Of a stretch of 64,000 bases of DNA, positions 22,418 to 35,517 are shown piece after piece. Under the pieces are notes generated by a model, which was not told the origin of the DNA, made no database searches, and saw only the letters and a list, made by a program, of their open reading frames with translations. The stretch lies in sequence record PP456879.1; one strand, given 5' to 3'. The first letter of the stretch is position 1; the number at the start of each line of letters is the position of its first letter. The position numbers and the translations under genes are program-made.

Positions 22418-23740
22418 TTACCTTACCTGGGAGGGATTATTTACTTGTTCTTGCGTAGGTCTTTGAATTGGACGCTGGTAAGCTTTTAATTCTAACTCGG
22501 TCACGAATACTAGTCGACCCATTACTCTGACTAAACCAGCAAGAGCATTACTAAAATCTGTTACAACGCGACTTACATTATTGATCATTAATGTAATTGA
22601 ATTAATGATATTTGAGATAGCAGGGATGCCATCAGGTGCATCAGGATCTTGAACTTTTGCTTGACGATTTCGCATATTAGATTGTTGTGCCCGAATCCTA
22701 CCAGCTTGTTGACGATTAGTCTCGGCTAACTGCATTAACCTACCAAATTCAAAATCTAGTTTAGTTGCATAATCTTTTCTAGCATCTATACGTTTAGCCA
22801 TTTCGCTTAATAATACTAACCGTCTTCCAATTGAACTCGTATCATTAACCTTAAAGGTATTGTTACCTTCAGGTGCATCCTTCATAGTAGGAATAGTATA
22901 AAACTTAAAGGCAAAATCACGGACAGTATTTACTAAAAAATCCCAATCCCTGATCTCTTCAGTCTGTGTTTCAGTTGGCCCTGCGCCAAATAAAGTCTTA
23001 TTACCTTGAACTGGCATACTACGATAAACTGTAGAACTTACTCTAAATCTATCATCTTTCTTAATAGGTACTGCACCCTTCATCCAGTTCTTAACATTAA
23101 ACTTACTAAAGTCTTGTGCAGCTCTATCAGTCCATTTTTCATCAAATGATAATTTCCTAAGGATATCCGCTACAGATTGGATATACAAGAGTAGGGATTT
23201 ATCATAGAAAGCTATCAAGTTGTTAACTTGCATGAGTATCGGATCAACTGTAGTCGGTTCGAATTTACCATCAATACTAAATCGTTTAGTATTTTTAAAT
23301 TTTAATTCTTGCTTAAATGGCTCATGCTTAATATTTTCAGCTCTTTCTAAAAGCATGTTTATTCGTTCAAGAGTACGTTGATTACCTTGTGTAATAACAC
23401 GTGCATACTCTTTTAACTCATCTCGATGCTTTGCTTGGGATTTTTTCATTTCATCCCAGGTATTTCGTGCTGTCTTAGATAGGTCTTCTAATGACACATT
23501 CTCAGTTTTTAGAATGTGTTCACTAACAACATCTTGGTTATCTGCATATTTTTGAAATAAGCCATCGGTATAGGTTTTAACTAAAATGTCTTTTTCAGTG
23601 CATTCTAATCTACTTTGAATATCTTCAATTGATGGCAATAATTCTTTTAGATATCCATCGCATGTAGCGATCATATCGACGGGGCTGTCCCCGTCGATTG
23701 ATTCAAGTAAGACCGAATGACTAAGTGAATTATTAGTCAT
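22418..23740 (-). CDS. Virion head protein, gp92-like
   Basis: SLE motif; position in the cluster. Confidence 0.6.
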   Translation of the reverse strand: MTNNSLSHSVLLESIDGDSPVDMIATCDGYLKELLPSIEDIQSRLECTEKDILVKTYTDGLFQKYADNQDVVSEHILKTENVSLEDLSKTARNTWDEMKKSQAKHRDELKEYARVITQGNQRTLERINMLLERAENIKHEPFKQELKFKNTKRFSIDGKFEPTTVDPILMQVNNLIAFYDKSLLLYIQSVADILRKLSFDEKWTDRAAQDFSKFNVKNWMKGAVPIKKDDRFRVSSTVYRSMPVQGNKTLFGAGPTETQTEEIRDWDFLVNTVRDFAFKFYTIPTMKDAPEGNNTFKVNDTSSIGRRLVLLSEMAKRIDARKDYATKLDFEFGRLMQLAETNRQQAGRIRAQQSNMRNRQAKVQDPDAPDGIPAISNIINSITLMINNVSRVVTDFSNALAGLVRVMGRLVFVTELELKAYQRPIQRPTQEQVNNPSQVR

Positions 23741-23749
23741 AGATAGTCC

Positions 23750-24295
23750 TCAGTCCTTATCTATTACTTCTACAGATCCAAATAGTAGATGTAGGGTATA
23801 CATTAGATCATTCATACCGTTTTTGTGTTTAACCCAATTCTGGATCATTGAAACAGTATCTAGATCTAATTTTAACTCATTAAAGAGAGTAGCAATTTCA
23901 GCGCGCGGTTCAATGAGTTGTGCACCAGCATCTGGTTCAGTAGCTAGTAACATTGGCCATTGGGTAATTGAAATACGTCGATGACCCGTAGCAATGTATC
24001 GAACAGTATCTAATAGGAATTGATAATTATAACTATCAATATTACTATTATTGTCCTGTAGAATAAACCAATTATAGTTTCCGCTAAAAAGACGAATAGC
24101 ACAAGCTAGAACTTTCTTATGGAATTCCCAATATGCAGTTTGTGCAGGAAAGTTGGTAAAGATAAGATATAGTTCTTCAACTTGAGGATCACCGGGACGA
24201 GCAGTGAACCGTGAAATGGCCTGTTGTTGACCACCTGAGTAATTACGACCAAATGGGCGTACAGCATTAGTTGCTGGCATATCAATGCCCTCCAT
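23750..24295 (-). CDS. Virion head-associated protein, gp91-like
   Basis: Synteny; ORF overlaps gp90. Confidence 0.55.
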   Translation of the reverse strand: MEGIDMPATNAVRPFGRNYSGGQQQAISRFTARPGDPQVEELYLIFTNFPAQTAYWEFHKKVLACAIRLFSGNYNWFILQDNNSNIDSYNYQFLLDTVRYIATGHRRISITQWPMLLATEPDAGAQLIEPRAEIATLFNELKLDLDTVSMIQNWVKHKNGMNDLMYTLHLLFGSVEVIDKD

Positions 24296-25227
24296 TAGTG
24301 ACCAAGAGATAGTAGATCACGATGGTTAGCAAAGAACTCAGATGCGCGATCTTGGATCATACCTAGGCGATAGTTATAATCAGAGATACGAATTTCATAC
24401 TCTTTAATAAGCTTCTGTAGGCGTGCATCCACTTTACCATTACTTTGCATTTCCCGCATTTCTTGTAAACGTAGTTGAAGTGCAAGGAATTCTTGCTCAG
24501 CTTCTTTAAAACGTTCAACCTGATACTCAGCTAAGAACTTGCCAAATAGCACGAACGGGTTCTGACGAGGTGAGAAGCCATCCATGTTAAGTGGATCACG
24601 TTGAGCTATAGAGAGAGCACTCACAGCTACATCATAAGTACCTTCATTGACTTCAGCACTAGATGCACGACTTAAGCGTTGTTTCAGTTCATTAGTCTTA
24701 AGACTCATTGCTGGATACAGAGTAATGAATTGCGCCATATTAGTGTATAGCCATTCTTTCTCAGCACGAGATGATTTTAATTCTGTAGCCTTACCTAATT
24801 TCATTGCTTCTTGTGCAATTAGATTTAGTAGTAGTTTACGGCCATAACGAATATAGAAACTAAGACCATCAACAAAACGTAACATGTTTGCACGGTCAAA
24901 GGTTAGATTAGAGTTAGTAAACTGAATAGCAAATAAACGCCGGATTTCGCTTTCGATCATATCAAAGCTACCACGAATATTTGAAAGAGTATCCAGTACT
25001 AGTTTAATCGGTTCAGTATTAAAACTAATCGCTCGCCGTAGTTCAGTAGATAACCGCATACCTAAATCTGATTTAAGTTGCATATTACCAAATACTTCAC
25101 CTACATCGTCAATAATTGGTGCGAGAGTTGCATCATATTCTTCACGTAATGAACGGATTTGATTTAATAGTTCACGACGTTCAGTAACTGGTGCGAGTTC
25201 ACGTACATAATCAATAATTCTCATCAC
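24295..25227 (-). CDS. Inner-body protein, gp90-like
   Basis: 310 aa, helical with C-terminal coiled coil; synteny. Confidence 0.65.
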   Translation of the reverse strand: MMRIIDYVRELAPVTERRELLNQIRSLREEYDATLAPIIDDVGEVFGNMQLKSDLGMRLSTELRRAISFNTEPIKLVLDTLSNIRGSFDMIESEIRRLFAIQFTNSNLTFDRANMLRFVDGLSFYIRYGRKLLLNLIAQEAMKLGKATELKSSRAEKEWLYTNMAQFITLYPAMSLKTNELKQRLSRASSAEVNEGTYDVAVSALSIAQRDPLNMDGFSPRQNPFVLFGKFLAEYQVERFKEAEQEFLALQLRLQEMREMQSNGKVDARLQKLIKEYEIRISDYNYRLGMIQDRASEFFANHRDLLSLGH

Positions 25228-25234
25228 TCAGTCC

Positions 25235-26398
25235 TTAAATATTGGTAGACATGGTTTTATTCATCATTTTAAAGATCTCAGTGATATCCGGACCTTTATT
25301 CTTTTCAGCCATTTTAATTTCATCAAGTCGGTGAGATGTAGATAGATCAACCCCACGATGATAAATAGTTACTCGCTCATAACGGTCATCAATAACAACA
25401 AGCATCATTAGATAGCTATTGTCAAAGATCTTTTGCCGAGTGGCGAAATCATCAATACGACCATAAAGAGAATTAGAAGCAGCTTTAAGAGTTGAAGTTG
25501 ATACAATCGCGATATTTGATGCATCTGCTAATGAAACCGTACCACTGCGAACTGATTGTTTCCAGTTGTTACGGCGACGATCGGTGATTTGTTTATAAAC
25601 ACCTGATTTATCATTCATTAGAATGCGATAATGTTCATCGATCATATCTTGACCTAGAACGAAGTCACGCCAGAATTTAATTTGACCAGTTTTTACTAGA
25701 AATAGGCGATGTAGCCAAGTATCTCGTCCACCAGCACTAAAGATGTGCGCAATAATCTGAGGACTAACAGCGGCTGGAATTAAACGGATCATAACAGGAA
25801 TTTTAGCTTTCTGCTTTCCTGATTTAACATCAACGTTAACCAGCTTACCAACGGCAAGGTTTTCAACTTCATAAATCTTTTGTGTATCACCACTAGAAAT
25901 ACTTTGTGCACTTGTACTTTCGTCATTCGCTTCCATTGAAGCTACCCAACGCTCATGTGAGTGTTCAGCGACGATATTTGGTAAATGCACAGGCTTCTCA
26001 AAAGACTCTAATGAAGGAAGACCATCAGAATACTCTTCGGCAGAGAATACACTAGTGCGAGTTACACCTGTACGGTTAGGATTAATAGTATCGAATACTT
26101 TTAAAGTATCAATCTTATCCACACCTAGAAGCATATTAACAGCTTGTAGATAATAACCAGTAAAAGACGATGAAACAAATTTCATAACGTCTTTCATGTA
26201 AGGTTGATCAACTAAGGTTTGGTCTACGATGACCAATGGTTCAACACGAGTTGGACGTGCTAGATCGGTTAGAGAAGAAATCTCTACACCATTTTTAGTG
26301 GCTTGTAGGACAGTCTGCATTAGACCACGTACACCTTGATCAGCAGCAACAGTCATCAGAGCAGAACTTACTGCTCCGGCGATTACAGGTAATGGCAT
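25235..26398 (-). CDS. Inner-body protein, gp89-like
   Basis: 387 aa with PSLE/ASME cleavage-type motifs; synteny. Confidence 0.65.
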   Translation of the reverse strand: MPLPVIAGAVSSALMTVAADQGVRGLMQTVLQATKNGVEISSLTDLARPTRVEPLVIVDQTLVDQPYMKDVMKFVSSSFTGYYLQAVNMLLGVDKIDTLKVFDTINPNRTGVTRTSVFSAEEYSDGLPSLESFEKPVHLPNIVAEHSHERWVASMEANDESTSAQSISSGDTQKIYEVENLAVGKLVNVDVKSGKQKAKIPVMIRLIPAAVSPQIIAHIFSAGGRDTWLHRLFLVKTGQIKFWRDFVLGQDMIDEHYRILMNDKSGVYKQITDRRRNNWKQSVRSGTVSLADASNIAIVSTSTLKAASNSLYGRIDDFATRQKIFDNSYLMMLVVIDDRYERVTIYHRGVDLSTSHRLDEIKMAEKNKGPDITEIFKMMNKTMSTNI

Positions 26399-26434
26399 TT
26401 TTCTCTTCCTATATGGGTTTGCAGAGAGTTATAA

Positions 26435-30406
<3,972 letters not shown>

Positions 30407-30409
30407 GGT

Positions 30410-30443
30410 CATAAGCCCTCCCCTAGGGGAGGGCATTATGTTG
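30410..30443. terminator. Bidirectional terminator between convergent genes
   Basis: CATAA-GCCCTCCCC-TA-GGGGAGGGC-ATTATG. Confidence 0.75.
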
Positions 30444-30447
30444 TATT

Positions 30448-31737
30448 TTACATTGCATAACCACGTTTAAAGTCATCGATGACTTTATCAAATCGACGCT
30501 GCCATTCGCGAATAGCATCATTGAAGCCATGGATCTTATAATCTTCACTAACTACTTGTGCACACTTACCATAATAGTTAAGTACGCAACTAGCTGCTAG
30601 ATATTGTGCTTGAGAATATTCAAACATCGTATCAGTAATACGACGCATACCTTCAAGGGAAGTGTTGATTAATTGAACAGACTCACCAATAGCATCAATA
30701 GTTTCTTGACTATAATTACGTGATAGTTGCTTTAACTTACGTAGAGTATCACTGCTATTGCGATATGCTTTTAACAAATCATCAAGTGGTGCGACAAAAC
30801 GATCTTTTAACAGATGTGAGTTTTTCCAGAAATTCTTATCAGGGAAATCTGGAATGCTTGAACGATCAGGATACACTGTAGATAGTTCATTGCACCGGGT
30901 AGCTAGTTTACCAATCTCACGGATATTAGCGATAGGCATAAGTGCACGATAATCATCACCATTGTAATTAACATATTCAATGATAGTGCCAACTAGCTTT
31001 TCCATTGTACCTAGTTCAGTACGTGCTTCATTATTAATATTAATGATTTCTTTCTGGTAGTATACACTACCAAATGCAGCAGCATATACACGACTAGCTA
31101 GGATTTTAGGATCATCAATGATTGATTGTGCAATTGCATCAAACTTTTCTAGTAATGCATCCTTTCGATTACCTAATCGATTTTTAACTAGTAACTCTTG
31201 AAAGAGAGTACGTGCTTGATCAACTGCCCGGACAATCTTTCCATAACGAGTTGCTACAACAACATCACGCTTCTTAAAATCACTAATCCAACGCATCAGC
31301 TTAGCAAATAGTTCCATTAGTTTCTCAAACCAAGTCTTAAGAGTATTAATGATGGTAGCCATCACTGCCTCTTGAGAAATAGTCACATTAAGAGTACTAC
31401 GGGTTGGTGTAAACATAGAAGCATATTGCTCAAGTGAAGCTACTGCTTTCTTAGGAGCTTCAAACCCTTCAGTGCTCATGCGCTTAACTAATGCTCGAAT
31501 ACCATCAACATCTGGTTTTGATACGCCTTCAAGTTTAGTGATTGCATAAATATCAGATAGCTGATGAATCGCTTCGACAGCTACACACATCTTAGCTAAA
31601 ATTTCAGGAGCCGAGGCACTTGAAACAGTCTCTTCTTCGCCTTCAACCATCTCTGGTTGGTTCTCATCAAAGAAAAGTTTTTCCTCTTCGACATCTACTT
31701 CTTTAACATGAGACATGGGTTTAACCTCACTCATCAA
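30448..31737 (-). CDS. Virion head protein, gp86-like
   Basis: Acidic N-terminal propeptide, ASLE and SQE motifs. Confidence 0.65.
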   Translation of the reverse strand: MMSEVKPMSHVKEVDVEEEKLFFDENQPEMVEGEEETVSSASAPEILAKMCVAVEAIHQLSDIYAITKLEGVSKPDVDGIRALVKRMSTEGFEAPKKAVASLEQYASMFTPTRSTLNVTISQEAVMATIINTLKTWFEKLMELFAKLMRWISDFKKRDVVVATRYGKIVRAVDQARTLFQELLVKNRLGNRKDALLEKFDAIAQSIIDDPKILASRVYAAAFGSVYYQKEIININNEARTELGTMEKLVGTIIEYVNYNGDDYRALMPIANIREIGKLATRCNELSTVYPDRSSIPDFPDKNFWKNSHLLKDRFVAPLDDLLKAYRNSSDTLRKLKQLSRNYSQETIDAIGESVQLINTSLEGMRRITDTMFEYSQAQYLAASCVLNYYGKCAQVVSEDYKIHGFNDAIREWQRRFDKVIDDFKRGYAM

Positions 31738-32176
31738 TACTACCGATTAATTGATTTAATGCATTACCCATGTCTGCTTGGATACGGTTATAATCTGAGC
31801 CATTAACAACGGCAGAGACAATATTGATATCATCGACAGTTAGATAATCATTAGCGGTATCAGATGTCAGTACAGCTTTGACAAGACATGGATCAGTAAT
31901 ACCGTTGATAAGACTTTGGCGAATGCGAAGAATATTGTTAAAATATGTTACGGCTAGTTTAGTATCAACTGCAATATTCTCATTAACTTTACTTAAGATT
32001 TTCTTAAATTTAGCAACAGCTTTATCCTGTTGTTCATTGAAATCAAGTAAAATCTCAAATGGAATCTGTAATGCCACCGCATTAGCTAGGAGCATTGCGC
32101 GGGTTTTACGATCAGAACCACCTAAGTTAGGCAGTTGCTTTAGAATACGGGAAAGTTCAAAACCTAATTGTTGCAT
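31727..32176 (-). CDS. Small virion protein, gp85-like
   Basis: AGAGAG SD; overlaps gp86. Confidence 0.6.
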   Translation of the reverse strand: MQQLGFELSRILKQLPNLGGSDRKTRAMLLANAVALQIPFEILLDFNEQQDKAVAKFKKILSKVNENIAVDTKLAVTYFNNILRIRQSLINGITDPCLVKAVLTSDTANDYLTVDDINIVSAVVNGSDYNRIQADMGNALNQLIGSIDE

Positions 32177-32187
32177 GATTTTTCTCT

Positions 32188-33429
32188 CTATTTAGTTAAG
32201 CGGTAGGCTCTTACAAATAAGTCATTATTTAATAGACTTTCTAAAGTATCTTCTAATTCAGTAGCCCGTTTATCTTTACGACGCTGGGGACTAAGGAAAT
32301 CTAAAATTTTATCAAAAATGGTCCACTCATTAGCTAAATCATTTATCAATGAATCAATTACTTTAATGTCATCATCAATTCCTGGTTTTAGTGATGAGTC
32401 CTTTACCCATTTAAGTTGTGCTACTAGATCTTGTTTAATTTTCATTAAACGTTGTCGTTGTTTGTCATAACGTGAACTAATTGGATCATATCCAACTTTT
32501 AAATTACCGGCAATGATACCTAGTGTAACAGGTAAACCAATGATCATAAATAGACCTTTGAATACCTCAGCAGTAATATGGCTAGAAACAGATTTATATT
32601 CACGGTCATTATAATACCGACCTGATTTAGTTAATGCCGTTGCCAGTGGCCTTCCATAACCTAATCGAGTGGCGAATAAATCAGCTAATTGTTCATCGCG
32701 TTTACGTGATTGAACATCACCAGTTAAATGCGGACGTTGCGCTTTCTTAAATGATGATAGAATGACTTTACGAATATTTCCTTCAGTCCTATCATTAGCA
32801 AACTTCTCATAATCGGCTGGATCAACGTTTTTCTTTAACCATGTTTCATCCAATAATTGAATCTTATACTTATTAGCTTTCCTACCCTGTAAGATAAGTA
32901 TACCTTCAGTAAGTGCATAGTTAAGATAGACGTAGTCACCCATTGTAGCCAGTGTTTCCCAACAATGCCCAATTTCATGTAATGTAATGGCAGTAGCTTC
33001 TGCTATACTAACACGGTTAATAGCCGATAATAAACCAATAGATAAACCGACCTTGTATTTAAAAGTTGAAACAGCCTCACCCGTAACTTTTAAATTTGTT
33101 AAATCAATATTAATGAATGTATTGACACCTTGCTCAGTTGCTAAAGTAACTCGATTAATATTGTCAAATTTACTACCAGTATGTCCAACTGTAAAGGATG
33201 TGTATGCACCACCCATTATACCCTGATCATCCAGGTGTGTAAACTCTATATTCATATTGAGGATCTTAGAAACATCATCACTCAGTGACCTAAAATCATT
33301 AATATCTATTCTCTGTTGATTATCTAATTTATCACGAATCTTGGTTAGATGTTCTTCGATCAATGGACCTAAGTCACGCTTAACATTCACATCTAACACT
33401 TCATTAGAGATTTCTATCGTATGTAGCAT
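32188..33429 (-). CDS. Virion protein, gp84-like, with a zincin/M48-like HEXXH motif
   Basis: AITLHEIGH plus downstream EQLADLFATRLGY and a hydrophobic segment. Confidence 0.7.
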   Translation of the reverse strand: MLHTIEISNEVLDVNVKRDLGPLIEEHLTKIRDKLDNQQRIDINDFRSLSDDVSKILNMNIEFTHLDDQGIMGGAYTSFTVGHTGSKFDNINRVTLATEQGVNTFINIDLTNLKVTGEAVSTFKYKVGLSIGLLSAINRVSIAEATAITLHEIGHCWETLATMGDYVYLNYALTEGILILQGRKANKYKIQLLDETWLKKNVDPADYEKFANDRTEGNIRKVILSSFKKAQRPHLTGDVQSRKRDEQLADLFATRLGYGRPLATALTKSGRYYNDREYKSVSSHITAEVFKGLFMIIGLPVTLGIIAGNLKVGYDPISSRYDKQRQRLMKIKQDLVAQLKWVKDSSLKPGIDDDIKVIDSLINDLANEWTIFDKILDFLSPQRRKDKRATELEDTLESLLNNDLFVRAYRLTK

Positions 33430-33530
33430 TTTATATCTCTACCAGTATTAATTTATAATCATAAAGATAAGGCTGCGTTGTATAGAATTCAATCTTATGC
33501 ACTACGTATTATAAAAGAGGCGCACACAAA

Positions 33531-35045
33531 ATGTTTGAGTTATTGTTGTCTTCTGGACTAACAAATACGCCTATATATTCCGATCCTTATCCAGGTCCTA
33601 AAACACTGATAGCTGGGACAAGGGAATTAGGTTTGTATGGTGAAACAACATCTTCAGAATTATTTGGTTATGATGATGCAGCTAAATTAGTTAATATGAC
33701 ATTTGGAACAGTAATCAATGATGGACAACCATGGTTAAAGTTCTCTAATAAAAATGTTACTTGTTACATACCAAAGAAACCAGCTCGTAAATCAATACAA
33801 AAATCACGGCTTAATAATGCCGGACTCCGTAATGGTGACTATGAAGTTAGATTTATGGGGAACATTTATAAATTTGGTTTATTAACAATGGCTGGTGCCA
33901 CATCAGAATGGCAAAGGTTACTTTATAATGTTCACGTATCTAATTTAAATGGTGCTAACTGGCCTTATAAATTTACAGATAATGACTTAGGTATTAACCA
34001 AGCGGTCGCTGGTGGTATTAGCACTGATGGTACTACTAACTGGGGAAGAGACCCAGGTAGTGATCCAGTTAATGACCAGCTCTATCGTGGCTACTATGCG
34101 ATTGATATAACTAGCTCGTCAAGTAGTGAAACGGGTGCTGCAACCCAAGGTTGGCGTCCAGTGGTTTATGCTAGTGGTACATATCCATTCGTTAAAGATA
34201 ATGTTATTAAACTTACTGATTTTGAAACTGATAACGAAATGGCAGCAGGTGCCCAAATAGGTAACTTAGTCTATTATTACGGTGGTAAGAATAATGCTAA
34301 TACTGCTCTACGTACACTGAATTTAGTCACGGGTAAGTTAACAACATTACAACCAACTGGTACGCCTATAGCAGTTAAACAATGCTCGGCTGTTGCATTT
34401 AATGGTAAAGTATATTTCTATGGTGGTGAAAGTGCCACAGATGGTGTACTTACTAAAGATATGCAGTGTTATGATCCTGCAACTAATACATGGGAAATAA
34501 AATCACCAGGCACGATAGCTTGCCGGTATGCACGTGGAACTAGTCTTAATGGGTTAATCTACATATTAGGTGCAGCTGATACAACTGCGACAAATAATCG
34601 TGGATTTACATTAATGTACAATCCAACTACAGATACATATACCAGTGGTGCAGCATTTAATGATACTGGGGAATATACCCAAGATTATTCAGTGAGTATT
34701 TATAATAATAGCGTATGCGTTATTGGTGGTACGGTTGGTGCTGGTGTTAACACTGGAATCATATCGTACAATCAAACCAACAATAATTGGTCCAAACCAA
34801 TAACTACAGGTATACCTCTTGGTGCAGCTATTAATATACGCCCATCTGGTGAACTTTATGTAATCGCTGGTGAAAATCAAAATAACGCACCAATTAAGTA
34901 TTATGAACCACGATTAGCACGATGGATAAATTTAGGTAATTTAGAAACTGGTTTAGTGGATGCAGGTTTTGCCAATACGTTTAATAATGACGGTAAGATT
35001 TATGTTCTAAACGGTAATCAGAATTTAAAATACCAAATTAGTTAA
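33531..35045 (+). CDS. Tail-associated protein with Kelch-like beta-propeller, gp83-like (gp130-135/144-146 paralogue family)
   Basis: MFELLLSSG N-terminus; Kelch repeats such as VYYYGG, VYFYGG..YDPATNTW, IYILG, CVIGG. Confidence 0.75.
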   Translation: MFELLLSSGLTNTPIYSDPYPGPKTLIAGTRELGLYGETTSSELFGYDDAAKLVNMTFGTVINDGQPWLKFSNKNVTCYIPKKPARKSIQKSRLNNAGLRNGDYEVRFMGNIYKFGLLTMAGATSEWQRLLYNVHVSNLNGANWPYKFTDNDLGINQAVAGGISTDGTTNWGRDPGSDPVNDQLYRGYYAIDITSSSSSETGAATQGWRPVVYASGTYPFVKDNVIKLTDFETDNEMAAGAQIGNLVYYYGGKNNANTALRTLNLVTGKLTTLQPTGTPIAVKQCSAVAFNGKVYFYGGESATDGVLTKDMQCYDPATNTWEIKSPGTIACRYARGTSLNGLIYILGAADTTATNNRGFTLMYNPTTDTYTSGAAFNDTGEYTQDYSVSIYNNSVCVIGGTVGAGVNTGIISYNQTNNNWSKPITTGIPLGAAINIRPSGELYVIAGENQNNAPIKYYEPRLARWINLGNLETGLVDAGFANTFNNDGKIYVLNGNQNLKYQIS

Positions 35046-35051
35046 CGAAAT

Positions 35052-35076
35052 AAACCCTCCCGTAATGGGAGGGTTT
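35052..35076. terminator. Bidirectional terminator
   Basis: AAACCCTCCC-GTAAT-GGGAGGGTTT between convergent genes. Confidence 0.75.
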
Positions 35077-35148
35077 TATGATGTGTCGAAGTTTATGTTA
35101 GCAGTAATGATCAATTGATAATATTTAATTAGGAATACCTTCCATTTT

Positions 35149-35517
35149 TTAATATCCTTCATTAAGTAGTTCTGCTAGAGCACGTGCCTGTGAAATATCA
35201 GTAGAAGCAAAAACATCAGAAAGATAGTTATCATGTTCTTTTGCATTCTGACGCAATTCATCCATTAGATGTTTATTAGATACCGCCCATACTTTCCACA
35301 GATTTTTATAATCATCATATTTGGGATTATACCCGTCTAGTGGTGGTTTTCCTTTACCAGCTTTCCAATGGTTGGAGTATATGCGATATCCTTTACAATC
35401 TAACTGCCAAGCTTCCTCAATTGTTCTGCCATCAGGAAGCCTTGCGTAAAGAGCCGAGAATCTTTTGTCACCAACAGATGAACATTCATATCCTCCTCGG
35501 CGCTTCCACTGATATAT
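35149..35517 (-). CDS. Unannotated 122-codon reading frame (IYQWKRRGGYECSSVGDKRFSALYARL...QARALAELLNEGY) with no ATG/GTG/TTG start
   Basis: Translated by hand; begins at ATA overlapping the polB stop (TAATA), in the -1 frame of polB; protein-like sequence ending at TAA 35151-35149. Confidence 0.65.
   Translation of the reverse strand: MYQWKRRGGYECSSVGDKRFSALYARLPDGRTIEEAWQLDCKGYRIYSNHWKAGKGKPPLDGYNPKYDDYKNLWKVWAVSNKHLMDELRQNAKEHDNYLSDVFASTDISQARALAELLNEGY

Noticed and set aside
35400-35499. 29-aa minus-strand ORF after a GAGGAGG SD-like sequence
   Set aside because: SD-to-ATG spacing is only 2 nt, and GAGGAGG is explained by the RGG codons of the longer overlapping frame.
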